Shown piece by piece: positions 45,383 through 56,308 of a stretch of DNA of 64,000 nucleotides. The notes below the pieces were generated by a model. The model worked only from the letters and a program-made list of their open reading frames with translations, had not been told where the DNA came from and made no database searches. The DNA is taken from positions 5,408,001 to 5,472,000 of the forward strand of contig OY760937.1 in the NCBI GenBank assembly GCA_963664225.1, read 5' to 3'. This DNA is from Verrucomicrobiia bacterium. Lineage in GTDB: Bacteria > Verrucomicrobiota > Verrucomicrobiia > Limisphaerales > UBA1319. Within the stretch, counting starts at the first letter, position 1. The number at the start of each line of letters is the position of its first letter. The position numbers and the translations under genes are program-made.

Positions 45383-48214
45383 TTACTCCAGAATTGGCGA
45401 AGTGAACTTATAGATTCCGGAGCCGATGCCATAGACGCAACAGCCATCTTCAAGGCGCAGGTATTTGACGCCTTTTGAATTATCCGCGGGATCGAAGCCT
45501 TCTCGAACCTGATCGCGCATGGTTGTGGGAATATAGACCTGGGCGGTGGTGTTCGCGGGGATGGTCAGGTCCAGCATGAAGACGCCATTGGCCACCTTCC
45601 AATCGCTGGTGATCAGACCGTGCATGGATGTGTAATCGCCATGTGCAGAAGTAATGCCGCCGCCGGGCTGTGGACGGATGATGATCCGTTTGTAGCCGGG
45701 CAAGGTCGGATCGACGCCGATGCCTGCGATGGTGGAATACATCCAATCACCGACCGAACCGAGCGAATAATGATTGAAGGAATTCATGCCAGGGTCCTGG
45801 AAACCTTTTTCCCTGGTCCAGCCGTCCCAGCGTTCCCAAATCGTGGTTGCGCCCTGACGGACGGAATAGAGCCATGAGGGGAAGGTGTCGTTGTTAAGAA
45901 GTTTGTAGGCCACACCGAGATAGCCGGCCTGGGTGAGTGTGGGCATGAGGTGGCCCACACCGACAAAGCCCGTGGAGAGATGGCCTTTTTTGGTCCCGAT
46001 ATCTTCGACCAGGTATTTGGCCGCAGCAGCTCGTTTGTCTTGTGGCAATAAGTCGAAGTCCAACGCCAGCACGTAGCAGGTTTGGGTGTTGCCTTTGATG
46101 CGACCGTCAGGCGAGACATAGGCTTTGTTGAAGGCGTCTTTGATTTCTCCAAACAGGGCTTGGTATTTTTTGGCGTCTTCTGTTTTTCCAAGAACAACGG
46201 CCATTTTTCCCATAATACTCGTGCTCAGCGCAAAATAAGCGGTGGCCAGGACATCCTTGGGTGTATCGGCTTGTATGGAGAGCCAATCGCCATAACCATC
46301 GGCAGGTCTCAGCAAATCCTTGCTGTGGGATTTTAAATATTCGATCCATTTGGCTCCGGACGCATAGCTGTGTTCGAGAATGCGGGTGTCACCATAGCGT
46401 TGGTAAATGACCCACGGGCAAATGACACCGGCATCGCCCCAGGCGGCGACTCCTGCGCCCACGGCAACGTAGGGAGAGACATCCGTGAACGCGCCATCCG
46501 GTTTCTGCGCGTCATCCACGTCCACCATCCATTTGGTGAAAAAGCTGGCCACATCCATGTTGCAGGTGGCTGTGCCGACAAAGATCTGCGCGTCGCCCAT
46601 CCATCCGAGGCGTTCGTCACGCTGCGGGCAGTCGGTGGGGATGCTTACGAAATTGCCGCGCTGACCCCAATTGATGTTGCTTTGCAGGCGGTTGATCATG
46701 GGATCCGAGCAGGCGAAGTGGCCGGAGGGTGGGGTATCGGAGTGAATGACCACGCCCGTGATGGCGTCAGCGGTCGGAACGCCAGGAAAGCCGGTCAACT
46801 CCACATATCGAAAACCATGGAACGTGAAGCGTGGCTCGTAGGTCTCGGGACCGCCGCCTTTGAGGAAGTAATGGTCCGTGGCTTTGGCACCGCGCAGGTT
46901 CGTGGTATAAAGCGTGCCGTCCGGATTCAATATTTCAGCAAAACGAAGCGTGACCTGGGAGCCGCGCAGTCCCTGGGTGTTGAGACGCACCCAGCCCACC
47001 ATGTTCTGGCCCAGATCGAAAACAAAATGGCCCACTCTTGGTTCGGCGACGCTGATGGGTTTGAGTTCCTGTGTGGCGCGCACCGGCGCATCGCAGGATG
47101 CAACGAGCGCAACCGTGGGGGTGGTCACCAACACCGATTTCCAGGAGGAATCCATACAGGTCACCGTATCCCAGCCGGGGATTTCAAGCCGGGCATCATA
47201 GGTTTCTCCCATCAGCAGGTCACCTTGAAGCAGGGGACCAGTCGAGGCTTTCCAGGAGGCATCGGAGACAATGGTTTCGACGGTTCCATCGGTGTAATGG
47301 ATTTCGATCTGACAAAGTCCCTGGGGCTGTTTGCCATAGACGTTGCGGCCCGTCAGACCGACGTAGCCGGAGTACCAGCCGTCCGCGAGGATCATCCCAA
47401 AAGCATTGGCGCCGTACTGTAAAAGGGATGTAATGTCGTAGGTCTGATATTGAACGCGTTTTTTGTAATCAGTCCATCCGGGCGTGAAAATGTCACGTCC
47501 GACGCGTTGACCGTTTACATGAAATTCATAAAGTCCCAGTGCGCTGGAGTAGAGGCGGGCCTGTTTGATGGGCTTCGAAAGGGTTGCTGTTTTGCGCAAA
47601 TAAGCCGGTGGCACATTGGTTTGATTGGTGGCTTCAGGGGGGTAGGCGATCCATTGCGCTTTCCAATCAGTAGATTGGTTCAAACCCATTTCCCAGGAGG
47701 CGGGCGCGCTGAAAGCGGTTTCGGCTCCGTCCTGATCCCAAACACGGACTTTCCAGAAGCATTGCTGGCGCGAGACGAGGGGGTGACCGGTATAAACCAC
47801 TTGTATGGATTGGTCGGAAACGACTTTGCCGCTGTTCCAGAGGTCAGCGCGATTCGCATTCAGGCTCTCCAGGCTGCTGGAGACGACCACCTGGTAGGCT
47901 GTCTGGCGGGCTCCACGAACAGGCGAATTCAAAACCCAACTCAAGCGGGGCTGGAGAACGTCAATGCCCAGAGGATTGACGGCGTATTCGCTGCGTAGAT
48001 TGGCGATCGCCATTTTGGAGGCGACCTTTGCGGTGGTGGCGGCGGTCATTGCAAAGGCCCAGGTCAGGAGGATGGCGGCGTATGCGATGATCCAGAAAGT
48101 GCGGCCCAATCGGACCGAATGCAGGAAACGGGATGGGTTTGAATAATCAGGCGCAGTGATCGGATCGCACTTCCAGCTTTTATGGATTTGCGTTTGCTCT
48201 TTCATATGGTTCAT
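45383..48214 (-). CDS. Alpha-L-rhamnosidase (GH78)
   Basis: PRLSW..QTAYQ, FDLGQN, FTFHGFRY, PTDCPQRDERLGWMGDA, GATTIWERW, NSFNHY; start uncertain. Confidence 0.93.
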   Translation of the reverse strand: MNHMKEQTQIHKSWKCDPITAPDYSNPSRFLHSVRLGRTFWIIAYAAILLTWAFAMTAATTAKVASKMAIANLRSEYAVNPLGIDVLQPRLSWVLNSPVRGARQTAYQVVVSSSLESLNANRADLWNSGKVVSDQSIQVVYTGHPLVSRQQCFWKVRVWDQDGAETAFSAPASWEMGLNQSTDWKAQWIAYPPEATNQTNVPPAYLRKTATLSKPIKQARLYSSALGLYEFHVNGQRVGRDIFTPGWTDYKKRVQYQTYDITSLLQYGANAFGMILADGWYSGYVGLTGRNVYGKQPQGLCQIEIHYTDGTVETIVSDASWKASTGPLLQGDLLMGETYDARLEIPGWDTVTCMDSSWKSVLVTTPTVALVASCDAPVRATQELKPISVAEPRVGHFVFDLGQNMVGWVRLNTQGLRGSQVTLRFAEILNPDGTLYTTNLRGAKATDHYFLKGGGPETYEPRFTFHGFRYVELTGFPGVPTADAITGVVIHSDTPPSGHFACSDPMINRLQSNINWGQRGNFVSIPTDCPQRDERLGWMGDAQIFVGTATCNMDVASFFTKWMVDVDDAQKPDGAFTDVSPYVAVGAGVAAWGDAGVICPWVIYQRYGDTRILEHSYASGAKWIEYLKSHSKDLLRPADGYGDWLSIQADTPKDVLATAYFALSTSIMGKMAVVLGKTEDAKKYQALFGEIKDAFNKAYVSPDGRIKGNTQTCYVLALDFDLLPQDKRAAAAKYLVEDIGTKKGHLSTGFVGVGHLMPTLTQAGYLGVAYKLLNNDTFPSWLYSVRQGATTIWERWDGWTREKGFQDPGMNSFNHYSLGSVGDWMYSTIAGIGVDPTLPGYKRIIIRPQPGGGITSAHGDYTSMHGLITSDWKVANGVFMLDLTIPANTTAQVYIPTTMRDQVREGFDPADNSKGVKYLRLEDGCCVYGIGSGIYKFTSPILE

Positions 48215-48374
48215 AGGCAGCAATAATTCTCGTTCAGGTTTTTTAGCGTAATGCGAACAGGTTAGTAGCAACACTTTCCAAGCGCAATCCTTTAGATGCG
48301 CAAAGAGCCTCTCCGGAAACTTTTTCGAAGTCTCCGTGATGGCTTAAAGGAAACGAGTGGGATTGGCGGTGTCG

Positions 48375-48998
48375 CTATTTGTCAGCGAGGCTGGCTAAAT
48401 TGCGTTCGAGACTGTGCAGCTTGCGCCTGTTTTCAAGCAGGTGGATGACATGCCTTCCAAGAATGCGCAGGGCCTCGGCCTGCTCCGGGGTCAAGTCGCG
48501 CGGCACCTGATCGACGACACACAAGGTGCCCAAAGCGAAATCATCGGATGCGATGAGGGGCGCCCCGGCATAAAAACGTATTTTGGGATCGGCGGTTACA
48601 AGAGGGTTCTGGGCGAAACGGGCATCCTTGGAAGCATCGCGAATGATGAACAGTTCGCGCTCCATGATGGCATGAGCGCAAAAGGCGATTCCACGGGCGG
48701 TCTCGGTGGCGGAAACGCCAATTTTCGATTTGAACCATTGGCGGTCTGAATCGACGAGGGAGATCATGGCGATGGGCGTTCCGCAGATACACGCGGCCAG
48801 AGCGGTGATGTCGTCGAATTCCTTTTCCGGAGGGGTGTCTAGTATTCGAAAAGCTTTTAATGCCGCGAGCCGTTCTTTTTCATTCTTTGGGATCGGCATG
48901 CGAAAACTGGTTGAGGAGGCCCAGCCAATGGGAATGTTTTTGGGTTTGTCGGCATCCGCTCCGGCCCGCGTTGTTTGGGTATTATTGGCTTTGTCCAT
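48375..48998 (-). CDS. Stand-alone GAF domain protein
   Basis: [59 protein letters not shown]; no output domain. Confidence 0.88.
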   Translation of the reverse strand: MDKANNTQTTRAGADADKPKNIPIGWASSTSFRMPIPKNEKERLAALKAFRILDTPPEKEFDDITALAACICGTPIAMISLVDSDRQWFKSKIGVSATETARGIAFCAHAIMERELFIIRDASKDARFAQNPLVTADPKIRFYAGAPLIASDDFALGTLCVVDQVPRDLTPEQAEALRILGRHVIHLLENRRKLHSLERNLASLADK

Positions 48999-49002
48999 AC
49001 AG

Positions 49003-50754
49003 TTATTTAATCTCAGATTTCAGCAGCAGCAACCAATCTCCAGGACCCGGTGTTGTAAATTGAACATTTTCTCCGTTGAGCACCGCAATGACCGGCCGCC
49101 TCAAGCCGTTTCGCGGGTCTGTCCAGCTCGTTTCAACAGAGGGCGGAAGATCCTTAAACCGTATTTCAAGGGACCGATCTTCCGGGACATAAACCACCGC
49201 CAAATCCCCTTCCTGCGTTCGCGCCGCGGCAATGTGACGCCGGGGTTCCGTCAAGCCCGGGTCCTTTGCCAACATATCTTGCGCCGGGCGCAAATGCGAG
49301 TATTGAATGTTCGTAAAGAATTTGACCAGATGGGCCATCTGTTCAGCAGCGGGAGCGCTCAGGTTCGTTGTCCATTTTTGTGGAATGGAATGACCACTTT
49401 GATTTGTTTCGGACGAAGCACTGGCAAACCAGTCCAGCAGGGCGTGATTTCCATAGGTCACACCGGCGGTGAGACCGCTCAGGAGGCTCCAATACATGGC
49501 CCTGCGAATGACAAAAGCTGCGTCCTGGTTGTCGGGCGCATCAAATGGAGCGCTTTCGAGCACCGGGCCAAGATTGATGACAGGCCGGGTGGGTTGATTG
49601 GTCCAGAAACGCGTCTGCGGCCCAGAGAAGTACCCGATTAATGAGGCGTCATTTGTTCCCGCCTGGATTTCGCAGCCAATAATATCCATCCACTTTTCGC
49701 TAAGGAGTGCCTGCGATGTTCCAATCAGCACGGCAATCGGCGCATGCGCGCGGTCACCGAAAGTTGCCCGGCCGATGTTTTGGAAGAAGGATGCGCTGGA
49801 AATCGGATCGGCGCCGTTGCCGTCGAGAATCCAAACCACCGAGTTTGCCCCCCAACGCGCAACCATGTAACGGGTCAGGAGGACAGCCTGGTCTTCCGGG
49901 AGGTTTAGGCCGGAATGTGTGTCAGGGGCATTTGGCTCCTTGTTTGAATAACTGATCCCTAACAGCGCAGGGGCAGCCAACAGTCCTGCGGCGTTTATCT
50001 CATCCATCCTGCCGTCCAATTGCTTAAAATACTCTGGGTTGATGGATTTTTTGTCTCGACCGGAAAACCCGGTAAAATCGGTGTGGTCGGGTGACGGTGA
50101 ATTGGACCATGGCGCTGCGGACCATTGAATCGCGGTAAAACTTTGGCGGGCGCGTTCTTTCAAGTAGGCCTTCCAGTCGGCGGCCTTGGATGTGGTAGGG
50201 GCGTCCCATACCGCATCCGCCATCCAAAAGAAAGGGGCGCCATCTTCATGAGCCAATGCCCGGCCATGATCGGCCACTCTGACAGGACCATGAATTGCAA
50301 AACGATTCTGATTGGTGTTTGGAATGCAGCGGAAGGAACCGCCGTGTTTGTCCAGTTCCGGAGCGACCGGGCATTGTGTGGCAAACTGCCATTCGCCGAT
50401 TTCGCCGGGGGAGAAACGAATGCGCCAGACCAGGCCTCCATCCCAGAAACCATCGACCATGGAAGTTTTGCCGGATGGGGATTTAAACTCGGCGCACAAT
50501 TGAACCTCCTGCGCGGGACGGTCCAACGCGGTGCTATTCGTAAGAGCGATTTCGATGCGGCTCCATTTAGGAATACTTTCCGATGCTTTGGTGGAGGAAA
50601 CCATGCACAGAAACAAGCAAACGACGCACACGAATCCAAACGAAACAGCCCGGATGAGGCGATAGAGAATCATTGCGTGAAATTGCAGGCGCTTCAGCTT
50701 CATGAGGCATGTGGCTCGTCCGGCCTTCGTTTCCATTTGATAACCATAGTACAA
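49003..50754 (-). CDS. DUF5060/DUF4038 (GH140 apiosidase-like) secreted protein
   Basis: [49 protein letters not shown]-terminal W.DPRNG...PGDWLLLL; start uncertain. Confidence 0.8.
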   Translation of the reverse strand: MYYGYQMETKAGRATCLMKLKRLQFHAMILYRLIRAVSFGFVCVVCLFLCMVSSTKASESIPKWSRIEIALTNSTALDRPAQEVQLCAEFKSPSGKTSMVDGFWDGGLVWRIRFSPGEIGEWQFATQCPVAPELDKHGGSFRCIPNTNQNRFAIHGPVRVADHGRALAHEDGAPFFWMADAVWDAPTTSKAADWKAYLKERARQSFTAIQWSAAPWSNSPSPDHTDFTGFSGRDKKSINPEYFKQLDGRMDEINAAGLLAAPALLGISYSNKEPNAPDTHSGLNLPEDQAVLLTRYMVARWGANSVVWILDGNGADPISSASFFQNIGRATFGDRAHAPIAVLIGTSQALLSEKWMDIIGCEIQAGTNDASLIGYFSGPQTRFWTNQPTRPVINLGPVLESAPFDAPDNQDAAFVIRRAMYWSLLSGLTAGVTYGNHALLDWFASASSETNQSGHSIPQKWTTNLSAPAAEQMAHLVKFFTNIQYSHLRPAQDMLAKDPGLTEPRRHIAAARTQEGDLAVVYVPEDRSLEIRFKDLPPSVETSWTDPRNGLRRPVIAVLNGENVQFTTPGPGDWLLLLKSEIK

Positions 50755-50783
50755 ACAGCCAAGGTTCTCAGTGCCGCGGACAT

Positions 50784-51491
50784 TTAATCTTCAGTGATGG
50801 ATTGCATTTGCTGTTCCAACCGCTGGCGCAAGAGTTCGCGCCCGGCTTCATCGGCTTCCCGCGGCACGCGAATCGGCTCACCCAAAGTGACCTTGCAGCG
50901 TGTAAAAGGCACGGGAATTTGAAAACGATCCCAACTTTTCAGGTGGATTTTCCAGTTCAAATGATAGACTATGGGATAGACAGACAGTCCGGTGATTTGA
51001 GCCAGGGCAATAGCCCCATCCTGGACATGGTAGCAGGGTCCTCGAGGGCCGTCAGGCGTGATCGCCACATTCAGCCCCTGTTCAGCCCAGGACGTTAATT
51101 CACGCAAGGCTTGCGGTCCGCGCCGACTGCTGCTGCCGCGCACAGGTTGAACGTCAAACAATTCGAGGATTCTGGCCAGCAAACCACCGTCGCGGCTTGC
51201 GCTGACGATGGCAGCCATCCGACGTTTTTTTGCGCTATTTCTGCTTTGCTGGCGGTCAATGTGCCGTTGAACGGCAAAACACAGTGCAAGTCGATTATGC
51301 CAGGTGCAGTAAATGACCGGCTCTGGAGAAGTGGACGAAAAAAGACCGGCCCGGTCGTTCCACGAGAAACGAATCGTGCATGTCACAAGCCTGATGAGGC
51401 TGTAAATGAGAAAAGCGAGCAATCGGCCATGCCAGGAGACGCCGTGAACTTTTACGACTTTGGATGATTTTAAAACGGTTGCGGACATCAA
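50784..51491 (-). CDS. DUF374 lysophospholipid acyltransferase-family protein
   Basis: WHNRL, SASRDG, VRGSSSR, ITPDGPRGP, SWDRFQIPVPF; overlaps ruvA by 4 nt. Confidence 0.88.
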   Translation of the reverse strand: MMSATVLKSSKVVKVHGVSWHGRLLAFLIYSLIRLVTCTIRFSWNDRAGLFSSTSPEPVIYCTWHNRLALCFAVQRHIDRQQSRNSAKKRRMAAIVSASRDGGLLARILELFDVQPVRGSSSRRGPQALRELTSWAEQGLNVAITPDGPRGPCYHVQDGAIALAQITGLSVYPIVYHLNWKIHLKSWDRFQIPVPFTRCKVTLGEPIRVPREADEAGRELLRQRLEQQMQSITED

Positions 51492-52093
51492 GCTCCTTTG
51501 CGCAAACCTGCCCGGACCAGGGCATCGACACCGGCCTGCGGTCCAAGAACGGCAGCGGCTCCACGCACGGCGTCGTGCGCTTCGGCGGGTTTGAAACCCA
51601 AGGCGACCAGGGCGAGTGTGGCGTCATTGATCTTCTGGTCTTCCGGCGATAAATCCTTCAGCGCGCTGGCCGCTTCCCATGCGCCCGAAGCGCCGACCTT
51701 TTCCCTGAGTTCAACGACGATGCGTTCGGCGGTTTTTTTGCCAACACCGGATATTTGCGATAGTGATTTCACGTCGCTTTGAGAGACAGCACCGCGAAAG
51801 GCGGTGACGGACATGCCACTCAGGACATTGAGGGCGATTTTAGGGCCGACTCCGCTGACGGTGTTGATGAGGAGGCGAAACATTGCCCGTTCGGCTGCGG
51901 TTAAGAAACCGTAAAGGACATGGGCATCCTCACGAATGACCAGATGGGTCAAAAGCTTTACCTCGTTGCCCGGAGCCGGCAGTTTGTCGAAAGAGGACAG
52001 GGGAATGAGCAGTTCGTAGCCCACCCCGTGAACATCCACTGTGACCTGGGTCGGCAGGGCTTCAACAATCTTTCCGTGGAGAAAAGCGATCAT
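51488..52093 (-). CDS. ruvA: Holliday junction branch migration protein RuvA
   Basis: GVGYE, REDAHVLYGF, SGVGPKIAL, GVGKKTAERIVVEL, ALVALGF. Confidence 0.97.
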   Translation of the reverse strand: MIAFLHGKIVEALPTQVTVDVHGVGYELLIPLSSFDKLPAPGNEVKLLTHLVIREDAHVLYGFLTAAERAMFRLLINTVSGVGPKIALNVLSGMSVTAFRGAVSQSDVKSLSQISGVGKKTAERIVVELREKVGASGAWEAASALKDLSPEDQKINDATLALVALGFKPAEAHDAVRGAAAVLGPQAGVDALVRAGLRKGA

Positions 52094-52097
52094 GGCG

Positions 52098-52706
52098 TCA
52101 GATTTGTTTGGGTCCGATCAACGAATACCCCCGTGATTCCTGGATCAAAGTCAGGGCCAATGCCAGCGCGTCGGCATCGTCAGGGGCGGGCAGTTCGGTC
52201 ATGTGCAGCATGCGTTGAATCATTTTTGCGACAGCCAGCTTTTGAGCAGCGCCATAGCCGACGATGGCTTGTTTGACCTTCCGGGGCGCAATTTCAAAAA
52301 TATCTATGCCGGTTTCGGCAACGGCCGTCAGGCAGGCGCCCCTGGCTTCACCCATGATCAAGGCAGTCTGGAGATTTTGGGCGTAAAAAAGTCCTTCGAT
52401 GGCGCAAACAGTGGGTTTGTGCTCCTTGAGAACATCCCGCAAGGTTTGGAGGATTTGAACAAGACACCTTGAGCGTTGCCAACTTGCAGGGCAGGAGATT
52501 GTTCCGTGGGCCAGTGCCATTGGCCCACTGGAACCCTGGCGGATGACGCCGTAGCCTGTTCCGCGCAAGGAAGGATCAATTCCGAGAATGGTTTTGTGCG
52601 AAAACGAACGTGCGACCACGGTCTGGGCGATCAGCGGACCGGCAGCCGGCTTTCTCGCGCCCAAACGGGCCTTCATTTCAGAAAATTGTTTTGGGGTAAC
52701 ACCCAC
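52098..52706 (-). CDS. ruvC: Holliday junction resolvase RuvC
   Basis: ILGIDPSLRGTGYG, AIEGLF, EARG, VKQAIVGYGAAQK, DDADALA; N-terminal extension of about 38 aa. Confidence 0.95.
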   Translation of the reverse strand: MGVTPKQFSEMKARLGARKPAAGPLIAQTVVARSFSHKTILGIDPSLRGTGYGVIRQGSSGPMALAHGTISCPASWQRSRCLVQILQTLRDVLKEHKPTVCAIEGLFYAQNLQTALIMGEARGACLTAVAETGIDIFEIAPRKVKQAIVGYGAAQKLAVAKMIQRMLHMTELPAPDDADALALALTLIQESRGYSLIGPKQI

Positions 52707-52774
52707 GGCGCTTACTGTGCCAAAGCAATTGCCAATTCAAAAGCGCAAAATCCCGCGCCGCGATGGGCGCCTGA

Positions 52775-53938
52775 TCAGGTTGAAGGCGTTTTTTGGACGC
52801 AGACTTGGAACGAGCGCCCCAAGTGGTCTGGGTGGATCAGCGTCTTGAACTGGCTTGTCAAGGGGGGAGTCTTACGGAATTCGGCCTCAAATTCTGCTGA
52901 ATGGTTCGCCAGGATGGAGGTCAGGAACCTGGATTGCGATTGATATGCCACGGTTTCAAGCCCTGCTTTTTCACCGGCATGTCTTATCGCGGTAAAATTC
53001 ACCATGGCGGTGATGTCTTGTGCGCCTGGATTGGCCAAAACGTCTAACTGAAGCTCGTGGTTGCGGTAGCCACGCAAGGTGCCATGAGCGCGTTGTGGTT
53101 CGAATAATTGCTCCATTTCCATGCCATAATCGACAGTCATCAGGTATCCAAGACGCAGTTTGTTTGCCGCCTTGCTCCACCATTGACGCGCGTCAGGGCA
53201 GAGATCGAGTGAAAAACCGTCGGGCAACACCCCGAGAAGCTCTTGTGGGAGCGCAAAACCGCACGCCCGAGTCTCTGCTTCGATGATCGCTGCTGCAGAA
53301 TTGCGCGAGTGCGTCATTTTGGCCCATGTAAATTTTTCATCCACTATGGCTACTCCCCATTCAAACCAGGTCTTTTCAAAGGCGTCCCAACGAATTCTGT
53401 GGGCGGGAAAAGCATCGAGTAATTCATTTGAAAAAATAATACCATCGACGCTGTTTTCTTCGAATTGATTCCAATCCTCAAACCAGGTCACGGCATGGCC
53501 GGCAGGACCGATGTTTTTTCGCTGCCATGCGCGGCGTTGCGGGGAGGGTTCCAGAATGCAATATTCAATTATCTTATTTGCAAGATGTTTGTATTTAGAT
53601 AAATACGTTAGTATATCCAGCGCCAATCGTCCGTCGTGAGCGCCGGTTTCGATACATCGAACGGAGGCGGCGGGAAGTGAACCGAGCCAGTCACAAAACT
53701 GTCTGGCAAGAAGCGTTCCAAACAGATTTCCAACGCTAACACTGGTAAAGAAATCTCCGGATTTGCCGATGGATAAATTGTGCGCCTCATAATAACCCTG
53801 TTTTGGGTGGTACAGCGCTAGCTCCATGAAGCGATGAAATGACAGAATGCCGTGGCTGGCGATTTCTTGCTTGATGGTATTAATTAAATTATTCAAATGC
53901 TTGCTCGCGATGGAAGTTTGATGGAAAAGTAAGGGCAC
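52775..53938 (-). CDS. SAM-dependent methyltransferase, MidA/NDUFAF7 family
   Basis: FMELALYHPKQGYY, GDFFTS, ETGAHDG, SNELLDAFP, DYG, QDITAMVNF; true start may be TTG near 53896. Confidence 0.9.
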   Translation of the reverse strand: MPLLFHQTSIASKHLNNLINTIKQEIASHGILSFHRFMELALYHPKQGYYEAHNLSIGKSGDFFTSVSVGNLFGTLLARQFCDWLGSLPAASVRCIETGAHDGRLALDILTYLSKYKHLANKIIEYCILEPSPQRRAWQRKNIGPAGHAVTWFEDWNQFEENSVDGIIFSNELLDAFPAHRIRWDAFEKTWFEWGVAIVDEKFTWAKMTHSRNSAAAIIEAETRACGFALPQELLGVLPDGFSLDLCPDARQWWSKAANKLRLGYLMTVDYGMEMEQLFEPQRAHGTLRGYRNHELQLDVLANPGAQDITAMVNFTAIRHAGEKAGLETVAYQSQSRFLTSILANHSAEFEAEFRKTPPLTSQFKTLIHPDHLGRSFQVCVQKTPST

Positions 53939-53960
53939 ATCATAGGATTATCGCTAAATT

Positions 53961-55055
53961 ATGGCCAAAATCGACGCATTTTTTAACTTAATGTTCGAAC
54001 AAAAAGCTTCGGACTTGCATTTGGCGGCGGGCAATCCGCCCATGCTGCGCATCAACGGCGAACTTCACCGCGTGGAGTATCCCGTATTGGAAAACGATGC
54101 CTTGAAGGGGATGCTCTATGAAATCACTCCTGAATTCAAAATCAAAGTGTATGAGGAAACGGGCGATGTCGATTTTGGTTATGAGATTGAGGGCTTATCC
54201 CGTTTTCGCGTAAATTTTTTCAATCAAAAGAACGGGGTGGGGGCGGTATTCCGGCAAATTCCGTCCACAGTGCTCTCATTTGAGGATTTCGAAAAATTCG
54301 ATGCGCCATTGCCTGCGGTTTTTAAGAAATTTGCGATGTTGAACAAGGGGTTGGTGGTGGTGACCGGTCCGACCGGAAGCGGCAAATCCACCACGCTGGC
54401 TGCGATTGTCGATTACGCGAATAGAAACAGGCGTGACCACATCATCACGGTGGAGGACCCCATCGAGTTTGTTCATGCAAGCAAGGGGTGTCTCGTGAAC
54501 CATCGCGAAGTCGGGGTGCATACAAGAAGTTTTGCCGCGGCATTGCGCGGTTCGCTGCGAGAAGACCCGGACATCATTCTGGTGGGCGAAATGCGCGATT
54601 TGGAGACGATCGAACTGGCGTTGACGGCGGCCAGCACGGGGCATCTGGTTTTCGGCACGTTGCATACCCAGAGCGCGGCTAAAACGGTGGATCGTATCAT
54701 CGACGTCTTCCCCGCCGATCAGCAAAACAAAATCAGGGCGACGCTTTCGGAGTCTCTGAGAGGGATTGTGGCGCAATCCCTGTTCCGGCGAATCGACAAG
54801 AAAGGGCGTGTTGCCGCGTTCGAGATTCTGGTGTTTACGACGGCCATTGCCAACCTTGTGCGGGAGGGCAAAGTGCATCAAATTCCAGGCATGATTCAAG
54901 TGGGCAAAAAACTGGGAAACATGCCATTGGATGACAGCATCATGGAGCATCTGAAAATGCGGCGGATATCACCGGAAGAGGCGTATGACAAATGTTTGGA
55001 TAAAAAGAAATTCCGGCCCTTCCTGGCCAATCCGCCGATTGACGATGAGGTTTGA
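53961..55055 (+). CDS. pilT: Type IV pilus retraction ATPase
   Basis: ASDLHL, RFRVN, GPTGSGKSTTL, TVEDPIE, LREDPD..GEMRD, TGHLVFGTLHT, AIANLVRE. Confidence 0.93.
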   Translation: MAKIDAFFNLMFEQKASDLHLAAGNPPMLRINGELHRVEYPVLENDALKGMLYEITPEFKIKVYEETGDVDFGYEIEGLSRFRVNFFNQKNGVGAVFRQIPSTVLSFEDFEKFDAPLPAVFKKFAMLNKGLVVVTGPTGSGKSTTLAAIVDYANRNRRDHIITVEDPIEFVHASKGCLVNHREVGVHTRSFAAALRGSLREDPDIILVGEMRDLETIELALTAASTGHLVFGTLHTQSAAKTVDRIIDVFPADQQNKIRATLSESLRGIVAQSLFRRIDKKGRVAAFEILVFTTAIANLVREGKVHQIPGMIQVGKKLGNMPLDDSIMEHLKMRRISPEEAYDKCLDKKKFRPFLANPPIDDEV

Positions 55056-55095
55056 GGTGTCACTGCGGATGCGTTCTTAAACCACGGAGATTTTA

Positions 55096-56304
55096 ATGCG
55101 GAGAAACGAACTGGATCATTTGCTGGCGGCGATGTTGGACTCTCATCCCGATGTTTCTGACATAAACTTTACGGTCGATAAACCGCCTCAAGTGGAGTCG
55201 GGCGGCCAATTGGTGCCCATCACGCTGGATGGCGCCCTGCCCAAGCTTACCGCCTACCAAACCGAGATGCTGGCGCTGAATTTGATCGGCGGAAACCGGC
55301 GGTTGACTGAAACATTGATCCGCACCGGTTCCTGCGATGCTTCGTACGCATTGATGGATCAGGTGCGATTCCGCGTGAATATTTTTTCCCAACGGGGCCA
55401 GTTTTCCATCGTCATGCGGAAATTAAACACCCGCATTCCGACGATTGTGGAGTTAAAGCTGCCGGAGATATTCCATCAGGTGGCCCGCGAGAAAACCGGT
55501 TTGGTGCTGATTACCGGGGCCACCGGTTCGGGCAAATCGACCACGCTTGCTGCGTTGCTTGACCAGGTCAATGAGACACGGCCGGTGCATGTGATCACGC
55601 TCGAAGATCCGGTGGAATTCGTGCATTCGCAAAAAACTGCGACATTCAATCACCGGGAATTGGGGACGGATTTCGATGTTTTCGCCAACGGACTGCGAGC
55701 GGCGTTGCGCCAGGCGCCCAAGATCATTCTGGTGGGTGAAATGCGTGACCGCGAAACGGTGGAAATAGGCTTGTCGGCGGCGGAAACCGGACATTTGGTG
55801 TTGAGCACCCTGCATACGATCGATGCGGGACAGACCATCAACCGCATTCTGGGCATGTTCGACCAGGAGGAGCAAAAGCAGGTGCGGCTTCGGCTTGCGG
55901 ATACGCTGCGATGGGTCATCAGCCAGCGGCTGGCTCCGGCGATTCAAGGCGGAAGGGCGGCGTTATTCGAAATTATGGGAGCGAACCTGCGCACGCAGGA
56001 AAGCATCGTGTTGGGGGAGAGCGAGGGAAAGACATTTTACGAAATCATTGAGGCAAGTCATACTTTTGGCTGGAAGACCTTCGATCACTCTGTGATGGAA
56101 TTTTACGAGCAGGGAGCGATTTCAGAGGAGACGGCCCTACTGTACTGCACCAAGCGCGGACCGGTGACCCGCGCCATCGATCAGCTTAAGAAAGTGCGCG
56201 GGGAATTTGCCAGTTCCGTCAATCGCCTGCAGATGAAACCCGACGCCGCAGGCAAAGGCGGCGGCGCCCAGACGGCCGTGCCGCCCACATTAAAACTAAA
56301 GTAA
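55096..56304 (+). CDS. Second PilT/PilU-family ATPase
   Basis: GATGSGKSTTL, TLEDPVE, LRQAPK..GEMRD, ETGHLVLSTLHT; lacks the AIRNLIRE motif. Confidence 0.92.
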   Translation: MRRNELDHLLAAMLDSHPDVSDINFTVDKPPQVESGGQLVPITLDGALPKLTAYQTEMLALNLIGGNRRLTETLIRTGSCDASYALMDQVRFRVNIFSQRGQFSIVMRKLNTRIPTIVELKLPEIFHQVAREKTGLVLITGATGSGKSTTLAALLDQVNETRPVHVITLEDPVEFVHSQKTATFNHRELGTDFDVFANGLRAALRQAPKIILVGEMRDRETVEIGLSAAETGHLVLSTLHTIDAGQTINRILGMFDQEEQKQVRLRLADTLRWVISQRLAPAIQGGRAALFEIMGANLRTQESIVLGESEGKTFYEIIEASHTFGWKTFDHSVMEFYEQGAISEETALLYCTKRGPVTRAIDQLKKVRGEFASSVNRLQMKPDAAGKGGGAQTAVPPTLKLK

Positions 56305-56308
56305 AGTC

